Virus record (IMG/VR): IMGVR_UViG_3300025000_000064
Span: 32,001 to 96,000 of that record
Origin: a virus
Length of the DNA: 64,000 nucleotides
Strand: one strand, 5' to 3'
Part shown: positions 28,673 to 37,761 of the stretch, piece after piece
Position numbering within the stretch: the stretch's first letter is position 1
How the letters are laid out: each line of letters opens with the position of its first letter
Made by a program: the position numbers and the translations under genes
Notes under the pieces: generated by a model
What the model saw: the letters and a program-made list of their open reading frames with translations, nothing else
The model's database searches: none
Told to the model about the DNA's origin: nothing

Positions 28673-29713
28673 TTAGTTATATAAAGATTCTATAGTTTTT
28701 ATTTTTAGTAATTCTATTTGGCTCTTTATTGTATTGGGTTCAAATAGTGTATAAATAGCAAAATCATATTCTATATTTTTCTCAATAAATTCTTCTGGCG
28801 TATAAATATTAATATCGTTTAATTTGCCTTTTGCTTTATTGTCCAGAAAAGCCACTATGTTTTTAGATAATAAATTACTTTCAATAAACATTTTTTTGAC
28901 GCATGTTGATGCTCCAATGCATACTATTTTTTTATTATCTGGAATGCTGTTTATAATATCTTTTAATTCATATTCTGCTCTATTATATCCCAATATTCTC
29001 ATTATTCTGGTATATAGGGTTAATTCATTTAATAGCATTAAACTTTTCATTCTAAATAATTCCCAATTTTTTGATATGTCAAAAGAACTGTGCCAATTAG
29101 TTGTTAAATTATTAACAAGATTTCTTTTGACATTAATGCAAATTGGAGCGTCTTTCAAAAAATACATGTTATCTTTTTTATATAAATCAATGCATTTATC
29201 TACAAAATCAGCATCCACCGTAACTAATGAGCCTATTTTATCAACTACTAATTTAGATAACATAAAGCAATGAGTTCTCGTATATTTATTTACTAAATAT
29301 TTACCTATTTTAAAATTTATTGCGGTATTGCAAAAATTACCAATAATACTATTATTTTCTACACAATTAAATACATTATTATCATTTATTATTGTAAGTG
29401 GTGAATCATAACCGCTTGGGGCTAAAAATGAATCATTTGCGAATAAGATAGCATCATAATCAATATTTTTTTCTTTAAGATATTGTAAGCCTTTATCCCA
29501 ACCGCTAAATTCCCAAACTGAATTATCTCCCGATATTGTAGTAACACCATTAAGATAACCACTCTCAGAACCTTCTTCATCTTTATTGTCTATGACAATT
29601 ATTTTCACACTATTTTCTTTTATCTTGTTCAAATATTTCTGTAAATAAAATAAAGAATTTGGGTATTTTTTAGTATCATACTGCACAAAAAGAACAACTA
29701 ATTTATAATACAT
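28673..29713 (-). CDS. putative glycosyltransferase-like protein, WEFSG paralogue 1, with C-terminal Rossmann-like domain
   Basis: GDNSVWEFSGW, FANDSF, YTRTHCF; C-terminal IVCIGAS...AFLDN. Confidence 0.55.
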   Translation of the reverse strand: MYYKLVVLFVQYDTKKYPNSLFYLQKYLNKIKENSVKIIVIDNKDEEGSESGYLNGVTTISGDNSVWEFSGWDKGLQYLKEKNIDYDAILFANDSFLAPSGYDSPLTIINDNNVFNCVENNSIIGNFCNTAINFKIGKYLVNKYTRTHCFMLSKLVVDKIGSLVTVDADFVDKCIDLYKKDNMYFLKDAPICINVKRNLVNNLTTNWHSSFDISKNWELFRMKSLMLLNELTLYTRIMRILGYNRAEYELKDIINSIPDNKKIVCIGASTCVKKMFIESNLLSKNIVAFLDNKAKGKLNDINIYTPEEFIEKNIEYDFAIYTLFEPNTIKSQIELLKIKTIESLYN

Positions 29714-29715
29714 GC

Positions 29716-30648
29716 TTATTTATTTCCTTCTTTGTTTAATAATTCATTCCAAAATTTTAATATATCATTCTCTTCTATTTCTTTTGTATAATTTTGTTTT
29801 ATGAAATTGATATCCTCTTCTTCAATATAAAGTTCACACTTTATTACATGCTCTATTCTTTTAACGAAGTCTATTATATCTCCATGTTCAACAATATGAC
29901 ATAAATCAAAATATTCTCTGCAACCCATACCTGTATATCCAATAACTGTACATCCGCAAGCCATAGCTTCAAGTGGAGGAGCTGCACATCCTTCATTTTT
30001 GCTGAATGACAAGAATATCTCAGATTCTTGATATGTTTTTATTAACTCCTCTTCTGTCATATTTTCTATGGCAATAAATTTATAATCTTTTAATCTCCCC
30101 CTAAGTTTTAAAATAGATATTACTTGGTCAACATCCTGTTTGTTTTTTCTTGGCATATAACAGCATTGCTTTTTCTTTTCTACTATTGGAAAAAACTTGT
30201 TAAAATCAATTGAGATATGCACTCTATGGATTTTTCTATCTAAAAACATTTCTAAATATTGTTTACTATCTTCCGAAACGACCATTATGCCAATAACGTC
30301 AGGATTGTTATAGTTAAAAATAGTATTTTCGTTTATTGTTCCATATGGGGCAAATGTATTATAACAACTCTGATTGAAAATAACTTTTTTACATTTTGGT
30401 ACAGTGTTAAATGCATGATGATTATATATTTCAGGAAAAACTACAATATCATCTTCTTTAATTACAGTTTTGTCATAGGTTATCTTCGTATTGTTTGGGA
30501 ACCAGTTGCATCTAAATGCTTCTGTATCATCAAAATGTAAAACATATGCTTCTATGCCATTTTTATTAAGAATATCCACATGGTCATACAACTTTTTTAT
30601 TCCTCCACATGGAACACTATTTTCAGGACATCTAAAGTAAACTACCAT
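29716..30648 (-). CDS. GT-B glycosyltransferase (family 4-like)
   Basis: GGIKKLYDHV, VFPEI, EGCAAPPLEAMACGC. Confidence 0.85.
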   Translation of the reverse strand: MVVYFRCPENSVPCGGIKKLYDHVDILNKNGIEAYVLHFDDTEAFRCNWFPNNTKITYDKTVIKEDDIVVFPEIYNHHAFNTVPKCKKVIFNQSCYNTFAPYGTINENTIFNYNNPDVIGIMVVSEDSKQYLEMFLDRKIHRVHISIDFNKFFPIVEKKKQCCYMPRKNKQDVDQVISILKLRGRLKDYKFIAIENMTEEELIKTYQESEIFLSFSKNEGCAAPPLEAMACGCTVIGYTGMGCREYFDLCHIVEHGDIIDFVKRIEHVIKCELYIEEEDINFIKQNYTKEIEENDILKFWNELLNKEGNK

Positions 30649-31224
30649 CTATTTATCACCTATCACTATTATATAAAATATATTACCTTGAATCCATTCT
30701 TCTATTATGCACTTGTTTGGGAAATTTTGCAACGCTTCTTCATAATATTGTTTAATTTCTTCTTTATTCAATGCAAACTTATGGAAGAGCGAAGGTTTAT
30801 TTATAGGGACAGATATAATTGCCAAATCACTTTTCTCAATAATTTTATTTAATATTTTTTTTGATAAATCAATATCAATATGTTCTAAAAACTCAAAAGA
30901 AACAATTGCATCATAATGTTCTGTTAAAAAATCAGGATTGGAACAATCATTTGTAAAATAATTTATATTATCTCTTTTATAATATTTATTAGCAAAACAA
31001 ATTGCTTCTTCTGAAATATCATATGAATTAATAAAGTAATTAAGTTCAGACAATATAAATGACCCATAACCAATACCGCATCCAATGTCAGCTATTTTTA
31101 AATTATTCTTTGGCAATAATTCTTTTATTTTATTTCTAGCAAAAGAATATCTTTCTAAATGTTTTTGTTCAACACCATCCAGTGTTTTACTTACTTGTCT
31201 TTCGCCTGTAAATTCTAAATCCAT
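30649..31224 (-). CDS. class I SAM-dependent methyltransferase
   Basis: HLERY.FA, DIGCGIGYG, SFEFLEH; start moved to MDLEF. Confidence 0.85.
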   Translation of the reverse strand: MDLEFTGERQVSKTLDGVEQKHLERYSFARNKIKELLPKNNLKIADIGCGIGYGSFILSELNYFINSYDISEEAICFANKYYKRDNINYFTNDCSNPDFLTEHYDAIVSFEFLEHIDIDLSKKILNKIIEKSDLAIISVPINKPSLFHKFALNKEEIKQYYEEALQNFPNKCIIEEWIQGNIFYIIVIGDK

Positions 31225-31901
31225 TATATAGCCCTCTTTTGAATAATACATATTCCGCTAGGGTCTTTATAGCTTGTTCTATTTTGTTCTAATGTATTTT
31301 TATTGCTTACATAATCGTTTATATTTATCATGCTTACTTCAGTATTTTTCTCTTTAAATTCTTCCAATGCTCTTTTTACACCACCTTGACCAGAAGCGTC
31401 ACATCTCTTTGCTAGCTCAGAAGAATCATGTAGTATAATAAATCCACCATGCTGTAACATATCATAATAGATGTTTAATTCCTTTATTGTTTGTTCATAC
31501 TCATGAGAGCTATCTATTACTATAAGATTAGGTCTGTTATTTTTACAAATATCTACAAATGATTCATCGGTAGAACTATATGTATATGTTTTTACATAAT
31601 CTATTAGACCAAACTTCTTTACAAAGTTATCCGTTATTTCTGTATGAAATGGATTTATGTCTACTGATATGAATGAATTTTTTGTTTCACTTTGTCTTAA
31701 AATCATTGCTATTATGATTGACGAATATCCTAAAAAGTGTCCTAATTGAACAATATTAGTTATATTGTTTGCCGATATTAGAGAAGCAATAAAGGATATA
31801 AATGGATAGCCACACTCCCCCATCCAGCTTTTTTCTTTCATTACTTTGAAAAATTCATCTATATTTTTCTTTTCTTCTATTGATAAATAATTATATTTCA
31901 T
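31224..31901 (-). CDS. class I SAM-dependent methyltransferase (Methyltransf_24-like)
   Basis: VQLGHFLGYS, SVDI, IDSSHEYEQT, GGFIILHD. Confidence 0.8.
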   Translation of the reverse strand: MKYNYLSIEEKKNIDEFFKVMKEKSWMGECGYPFISFIASLISANNITNIVQLGHFLGYSSIIIAMILRQSETKNSFISVDINPFHTEITDNFVKKFGLIDYVKTYTYSSTDESFVDICKNNRPNLIVIDSSHEYEQTIKELNIYYDMLQHGGFIILHDSSELAKRCDASGQGGVKRALEEFKEKNTEVSMININDYVSNKNTLEQNRTSYKDPSGICIIQKRAI

Positions 31902-33090
31902 TTCTTCCCTCCGCTTTATCATTTTTAAAAGAAGATATTATGTCTTCTTTAATCCTTCTTCCTGCATTTCCATCAAAAAATGGAATATATTTCTTTATTG
32001 CACTCAACCTTTCTTGCTTTTTTATATCTTCACCTCTTTTAAACATTTCTATAAAATTTATCATATCTTCACAAGTGCTACCAGTATAATATGTATTTAT
32101 TAATCCAGATATAGCATCTGTCATAGCCTCTATATTTTTCTTATTATACATATACAATATTGGCTTTTCTGTAACCGCCACCTCTACCATTATTGCAGAC
32201 CTACTAACAATTATACAGTCTACATTTAAAATTCCTGGTCTATAGTCATCTTCTAAATACATATATAAATTATCAAAACTATTTATTTTTTTCTTTATTT
32301 CTTCAATTTCTTGTTCGTTTAAAATATTATATTCTAAAATAATTTCAAAGAATTTTGGATGAGGCATAAATATAAAGAATAAATCTTTATGATTTTCTAT
32401 TTCATTTAAAAACTTTTTATATTCTTCAAAGTCTGGTGTCACATAATGAATTTTATCTGTATTTGGTATTGAAAATATCTTTGGAAAATGAACTTTCCAT
32501 AATACAATTTTTCTCCCATTTGCTTTTTGTTTAATATTTTCTGGCAATGGAAAATTATTTTTATTATATAGTCCATCAAACTTTGGATGACCTAATGCCC
32601 TTGTTATTTCTGGCGATATATATTTATCATAATCTTTTTTAATTAATGGTGAAAATGTATATATTCTCCATGCATTCTGCGGAACACCTTTTAAAAAATG
32701 TGCGTTCACTGATTCAACTGTATTGGATATTTCTATTCCATAAGTTATGTATACAATTTTTATACCTTTGTTTTTTATGTAATCAGACCTTAGCTCTAGT
32801 GGTCTATGTCCTTCATCATAAGGTGTTTGCATTATCCAAATATCAGGACAATCTTTATCTATATTATAATCCTTATATTCTATAAACGAAATATTATTTT
32901 TTTCTAAAAACACTCTTGCTGTTTTCATTTGACTTTTTTCACAAATTTCTTCATCAAATAAAACAATTTTTACATCAAGTCTATCATCTTTTATACACTC
33001 ATTATAGAATGAGTCCCATGATGCCCAGAACGAAGCAACCTGAAACAAAAATACAACTTTTATTTTTTTCTTATTATTTTGAAATAACAT
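31891..33090 (-). CDS. CDP-glycerol glycerophosphotransferase (TagF)-like GT-B polymer transferase
   Basis: YITYG, GHPKFD, MPHP, SRSAIMVE...KPILY, FDGNAGRRI. Confidence 0.65.
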   Translation of the reverse strand: MLFQNNKKKIKVVFLFQVASFWASWDSFYNECIKDDRLDVKIVLFDEEICEKSQMKTARVFLEKNNISFIEYKDYNIDKDCPDIWIMQTPYDEGHRPLELRSDYIKNKGIKIVYITYGIEISNTVESVNAHFLKGVPQNAWRIYTFSPLIKKDYDKYISPEITRALGHPKFDGLYNKNNFPLPENIKQKANGRKIVLWKVHFPKIFSIPNTDKIHYVTPDFEEYKKFLNEIENHKDLFFIFMPHPKFFEIILEYNILNEQEIEEIKKKINSFDNLYMYLEDDYRPGILNVDCIIVSRSAIMVEVAVTEKPILYMYNKKNIEAMTDAISGLINTYYTGSTCEDMINFIEMFKRGEDIKKQERLSAIKKYIPFFDGNAGRRIKEDIISSFKNDKAEGRNEI

Positions 33091-33130
33091 TTATTTTACA
33101 GTTCCTTATCGTATAAATAATATAATCAAT

Positions 33131-33691
33131 TTATGATTTTACATTTAATATGGCTTTCATTATTACATGAACCAATATCATATGTATGTCTTCCGAAATC
33201 TGCATATCGTCTATGTTTGCATTGACGGAGTGTTTACTAATTTGTTTTAATATTCCACCACCATATCCTGTTATTCCTATTGTTATGGCTCGCTTGAGAT
33301 TAGCGTATTCAATTGCCTTTATTATATTCTCTGAATTACCGCTTCCAGAAATACCTATTACAACATCACCTTTATTTAAAAAATTCTTTAATTGGTCTTC
33401 AAATATAGATTCATAACCAACATCATTTGCATAAGCTAACATAGTGGGAATATTATCATTTAAACAGATAACCTTAAACATTTTTTTATCTTTTTGTTTT
33501 GTACCTTTATTTATATCACAAGCAAAATGAGAAGCCGTTGAGGCACTTCCCCCATTCCCCATGATAAATATTTGTTTTTCATTATCTCTTGCTTCTAATA
33601 ATATATTTACAACTTTTTTTATTTCATTTTTATCAATATTATCTATTGTTTTCTTTAGTCTGTCAAAATAATTATCTATTGTTGTCATCAT
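33131..33691 (-). CDS. gmhA: sedoheptulose 7-phosphate isomerase
   Basis: GNGGSASTASHF, YAND.G...F, ISGSGNSENI, EDIHMIL. Confidence 0.9.
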   Translation of the reverse strand: MMTTIDNYFDRLKKTIDNIDKNEIKKVVNILLEARDNEKQIFIMGNGGSASTASHFACDINKGTKQKDKKMFKVICLNDNIPTMLAYANDVGYESIFEDQLKNFLNKGDVVIGISGSGNSENIIKAIEYANLKRAITIGITGYGGGILKQISKHSVNANIDDMQISEDIHMILVHVIMKAILNVKS

Positions 33692-34637
33692 AAATTATAC
33701 TTGCTCCTTTGTCTTCAAACTTAAAATCTACTTCTTTTAAATCTATTAAGCTTCTTCTCAATTGTTCTTGATTTTCCTCTTTTACATAAAGTAATAAGAA
33801 TCCACCTCCACCTGCACCTAGCAACTTGCCACCGTCTGCTCCATTTTTAATAGATAAATTATAATAATAATCTATCTCTGTATTGCTTATCTCTGAAGAT
33901 AGTTCTTTTTTATACATCCAGCCTGTATGTAATACATCTCCAATTGAATCAATGTTTCCTACGCTCAATGCAGAATTTAACATTTTAGCTAAGTCAACCA
34001 TTTTACTTAAATTATTATGATTAATCTCATAGCCTTCTAACACTTTATTTGCAGACCTAACATTTCCCAAATAAAATAAAAGCAAGTTGTTTTCAAGTTT
34101 ATTTTTATTTCTTTTATCAAGCTTTATACTATTTACAGTAACAGAATCATCTTGGTTAAATATTATATAGTTTAACCCTCCGTAAGCAGAGGCGTATTGG
34201 TCTTGTTTGCCAATGGGACACTTTAATTTATCTATTTCAATATCACAGGCTTTATCTGCTAAATATTCTTTATTACAGTGTTTTTTATTATATGTACTAC
34301 AGAGGTTTGTTAACCCTACTGTGAATGCAGAAGAAGAACCCAATCCTGTGCCTGATGGAATATCTGCACTTGAATTAAAGTCGACGCCTTTTATATTGTA
34401 TTCCTTAAAGGTTTCTCTGATTATATTGTGTTTTATTTTATCAACAGAACTTACTTTTTCAATTTCAGAATACTTAAGAAAATAATTATCCTTTTCAAAA
34501 TAAGGATGCATGGAAAGGTAAATGTATTTATTTATAGTAACAGATAAAACAGCTCCACCATATTCCTTATAGTGTTCTCTTAAATCACTACCGCCACCCG
34601 CAAAACTTATTCTAAATGGAGTTCTTGAAATAATCAT
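33672..34637 (-). CDS. hddA: D-glycero-alpha-D-manno-heptose 7-phosphate kinase (GHMP)
   Basis: MIISRTPFRISFAGGGSD, PSGTGLGSSS, GKQDQY, GGKLLGAGGGGF. Confidence 0.9.
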   Translation of the reverse strand: MIISRTPFRISFAGGGSDLREHYKEYGGAVLSVTINKYIYLSMHPYFEKDNYFLKYSEIEKVSSVDKIKHNIIRETFKEYNIKGVDFNSSADIPSGTGLGSSSAFTVGLTNLCSTYNKKHCNKEYLADKACDIEIDKLKCPIGKQDQYASAYGGLNYIIFNQDDSVTVNSIKLDKRNKNKLENNLLLFYLGNVRSANKVLEGYEINHNNLSKMVDLAKMLNSALSVGNIDSIGDVLHTGWMYKKELSSEISNTEIDYYYNLSIKNGADGGKLLGAGGGGFLLLYVKEENQEQLRRSLIDLKEVDFKFEDKGASIIYDDNNR

Positions 34638-35319
34638 GCCTGACTCCCTCTAATTTTTCTAAAGTTCCCAAATCTTTTAATATTTCGTCTGTTTGATAAG
34701 CTATAATTGAAACACCATTATTCAACATTCTTGGAAACACATCTTTGCCAAAATCTTGTGGCTCTGTAGAATCTATAAAATGAAGTATTTTATCTGATAA
34801 TATATAAACCGCTGCATTATTTAATAAATTACAATAATTTACCGCATGATTTCTTGGTTTTGGATAAAATGCTGTTACTTTATTATTATAAACCCGCAAT
34901 ACGTCTTCTTCTTCTGGACAAATAGGTTGTTGAACAATTATTGTAGCAAACGCTCTAATATGTTCATAAAACTCAATAAATTTATTAATATCAAAATTTA
35001 AATATAAATCACCGTAAAATACCATAAATCTATCTTGTAATATTGATTTAGCAGAATATAAAGCTCCTGCTGTTCCCATTGGTTTTAATTCTTGTATGAT
35101 AGTTAAATCTATACCATTTGGCATATTATCTTTAAAATAATCAACAATAACTTCGGATAAATGCCCTGCAATTATTACAATATCTGTTATTCCATGTCTT
35201 ATAGCCAAGTCTATTTGATGATGTATAATGGGCTTATCACCCAATAACACCATAGGTTTTGGAATATCTTTCAAGCCAAGTCTTGTGCCTTTGCCACCAG
35301 CTATAATTACAAGTTGCAT
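34612..35319 (-). CDS. hddC: sugar-1-phosphate nucleotidyltransferase (heptose 1-P guanylyltransferase by context)
   Basis: IAGGKGTRL...PKPMV, GTAGAL, YGD, DLGT; adjacent to hddA and gmhA. Confidence 0.75.
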   Translation of the reverse strand: MQLVIIAGGKGTRLGLKDIPKPMVLLGDKPIIHHQIDLAIRHGITDIVIIAGHLSEVIVDYFKDNMPNGIDLTIIQELKPMGTAGALYSAKSILQDRFMVFYGDLYLNFDINKFIEFYEHIRAFATIIVQQPICPEEEDVLRVYNNKVTAFYPKPRNHAVNYCNLLNNAAVYILSDKILHFIDSTEPQDFGKDVFPRMLNNGVSIIAYQTDEILKDLGTLEKLEGVRHDYFKNSI

Positions 35320-36251
35320 TTGATTGCCTCCATTATTGCCTGATTAGATGTCATACTTGCTCTCCAACCCAGATTATGTATTTTATCTAAGCAATAATCA
35401 AATTCTGATACATCTCCAATCCAACCTTTATTTCCACCTGTGTATTGTACCTTTGTTATATTTTGTAGATTCATTGCCTTTATAACCATTTCTGCAATCT
35501 CTTTTACATAAGTTCTTGTATTATTTCCTATATTATATAAATTTATCTTTTCATTTGTATTATTACAAACATATAATATTGCATCTATAAGTTCATCAAC
35601 ATATAAATATGGCTTATGTTGATTTCCATCTCCTAAAACCGTTAATGTATTTGGGTTTTCTTTTAATTTATTTATAAAATCATATATGATTCCATGTGTT
35701 GCTCTTGGTCCAACGACATTTGGAAATCTAAATATCCACGCTTGCATATCGTAGTTCTCAACAAAGCTTGATATAAATGCCTCTGAGGCTAATTTGGAAG
35801 CACCGTAATGTGAAACTGGAAGTAATGGTCCAGAATCTTCAGACAGTTTGCCTTTTAATTCTCCATAAACCGCTGAAGTAGATGCAAATACAATCTTTTT
35901 TACATTGTATTCCCTCATGGTATTTAATATATTAAATGTTGTATCAAATGTATTACATAAATCAATATTCGGGTTTTCATTGCTTTTAGAAATATCAGAA
36001 TTGGCAACCAAATGAAACACAGTATCTATATTTTCTTTTTCAAATATTTGATTAAGTATTTCCGAATAAGTAATGTTTGATTCATAAAATGAAAAATTAG
36101 GATTATCAAAATTATGTTCAATATTATTTATTCTTCCATTTGATAAATTATCAACGACAATTACTCTATTGTCTTGAGCTAATAGGACATCAACTAAATG
36201 GCTTCCTATAAAACCTGCACCGCCTGTTATTAATATGTTTTTAGTTTTCAT
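35307..36251 (-). CDS. NAD-dependent sugar epimerase/dehydratase (extended SDR)
   Basis: TGGAGFIGSHL, ASTSAVYG, YGASK, RFPNVVGP. Confidence 0.9.
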   Translation of the reverse strand: MKTKNILITGGAGFIGSHLVDVLLAQDNRVIVVDNLSNGRINNIEHNFDNPNFSFYESNITYSEILNQIFEKENIDTVFHLVANSDISKSNENPNIDLCNTFDTTFNILNTMREYNVKKIVFASTSAVYGELKGKLSEDSGPLLPVSHYGASKLASEAFISSFVENYDMQAWIFRFPNVVGPRATHGIIYDFINKLKENPNTLTVLGDGNQHKPYLYVDELIDAILYVCNNTNEKINLYNIGNNTRTYVKEIAEMVIKAMNLQNITKVQYTGGNKGWIGDVSEFDYCLDKIHNLGWRASMTSNQAIMEAIKCNL

Positions 36252-36272
36252 TTTGCTCCTTTATATATAAAG

Positions 36273-36399
36273 GATGGCTTGCGGTGAGATTTGCACTCAC
36301 TCCTCCCTGAACTAAATCAAAGATTCTATTCAGATATACGTTATCCACATATCATCCTTTGGACATGTCGAAGATGTCACTTAAACTACGCCAGCCATC
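36273..36399 (-). ncRNA. tRNA-like structured RNA with a D-loop insertion (degenerate tRNA or novel RNA)
   Basis: GCUGGCG/CGCAAGC acceptor-like stem extended by 4 more pairs, UA-GUUU...GAAU D-stem, T-arm GUGAG-UGCAAAU-CUCAC; anticodon arm non-canonical. Confidence 0.5.
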
Positions 36400-36409
36400 T
36401 ATTTATATT

Positions 36410-36760
36410 CTATATTATTTTTGTATGATTGTCAATATATGCTTTATAATCAATCTTGGGATTATTTTTTTTAATATCTATTTTATTTAATATAACCATG
36501 ATAGGAATGCTTATTGGGAATACTGCAATAATTAAAATTAATAATATTATTTCAGAGATAATCTGAAACATCTCTTTTATGGCTCTGAATATATTAGGAA
36601 TATTGCCAATTGTTAATCGTTTTAATTCATTCAAACACAACAATATAAAATAATTATTATATTTATTATAATTACAGTTGCTTAATTTGCTATCTTCGTA
36701 ATATAATTTTCTTTTACCTTTTCTCACTTTAATCATCATCTTTCTCCCATGCAACTGCAA
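36410..36760 (-). CDS. hypothetical membrane protein
   Basis: hydrophobic stretch IILLILIIAVFPISIPIMVIL. Confidence 0.6.
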   Translation of the reverse strand: MQLHGRKMMIKVRKGKRKLYYEDSKLSNCNYNKYNNYFILLCLNELKRLTIGNIPNIFRAIKEMFQIISEIILLILIIAVFPISIPIMVILNKIDIKKNNPKIDYKAYIDNHTKII

Positions 36761-37040
36761 CTTTTATTTTTTTATATTTAATTGGAATGCCAAGAAATCT
36801 TTTATCAACAATTGTTTTTTCATAATATCTTTGCTCAAAATCTTTGCAATTATTATCTTTATTTCTAAAATTGCATGAATCCATTGTCTTGTCTATTCTT
36901 AAAGCAGAATTTGATACTTTGACAGAATTAGGATGATGACAGTCGGCATCCTCTCCAGTATAAATGTGCCTTTCGTCTCCAATATTAAAACTCTGGATAT
37001 GCTCACAATTCATGCAATATCTTTTTTTATTTTTGTTCAT
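36729..37040 (-). CDS. hypothetical Cys-containing protein
   Basis: CMNCEH...C...C. Confidence 0.6.
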   Translation of the reverse strand: MNKNKKRYCMNCEHIQSFNIGDERHIYTGEDADCHHPNSVKVSNSALRIDKTMDSCNFRNKDNNCKDFEQRYYEKTIVDKRFLGIPIKYKKIKVAVAWEKDDD

Positions 37041-37249
37041 TTATTATCTCCTATAATCCTTGATTCTGGCATAATATCTGGAATAATATCTCCTTTTTTA
37101 AATAAGTGTCTTACGTCATGACAAGCCAAATCGTCTTCTGAAAATGTTGCCTCTGGATTATAATTGACACTTTTACATGTTTTACATGGACCATCTATAA
37201 ATGGACAATTTGTTAAACGGTATCTGCATTTATGTGATTTGTTATTCAT
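37037..37249 (-). CDS. hypothetical Cys-rich protein
   Basis: 70-aa ORF. Confidence 0.55.
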   Translation of the reverse strand: MNNKSHKCRYRLTNCPFIDGPCKTCKSVNYNPEATFSEDDLACHDVRHLFKKGDIIPDIMPESRIIGDNK

Positions 37250-37760
37250 TGATTTCGTCCAATTCTTTTAATAATAATATATTTTCTAACCTTTTGACTT
37301 CTTCAAAATTAGTACAATGTTTTAGTTTGCTATTTTCATCAATGCAATCTTTTACCCAATTAAATCTGGTCAAATCACCTATATCTTGATAATTATTTTG
37401 CACATGAAAAAGAATGTCTTCATAATTCCTTATCACCTGTTTTTTCCTATTTAACTCTTCTTTTAATTGAACAATATATTTTTTATAGTATATATAGGCA
37501 TAATCTTTTAAATTTTCTAAAAATAATTCTCTGCCCTCATGAAATAAATCATTATAATTAGGCAAGGTGTATTCTTCTGCAAGCATAACTGTTATTCTCT
37601 TAAATAAAGATTCTTTTAACCCAATTTGTGTTATAAATTCCAATAATTTATCATCTTCTAAATTTTCAACAATTGACTCTAGGAAATCAATCAATGGTAA
37701 TTGTAATATATTTTTATCTGTTAATTGTATTTTGCAATTTCCTATTATATTATCTTTCAT
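37242..37760 (-). CDS. hypothetical protein
   Basis: 172-aa ORF. Confidence 0.65.
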   Translation of the reverse strand: MKDNIIGNCKIQLTDKNILQLPLIDFLESIVENLEDDKLLEFITQIGLKESLFKRITVMLAEEYTLPNYNDLFHEGRELFLENLKDYAYIYYKKYIVQLKEELNRKKQVIRNYEDILFHVQNNYQDIGDLTRFNWVKDCIDENSKLKHCTNFEEVKRLENILLLKELDEINE

Positions 37761-37761
37761 A

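Noticed and set aside
33672-34637. MII starts of hddA (MIISRTP) and tdk (MIITIAG, 56845) as members of the MII family
   Set aside because: These are ordinary first beta strands of their enzyme families.
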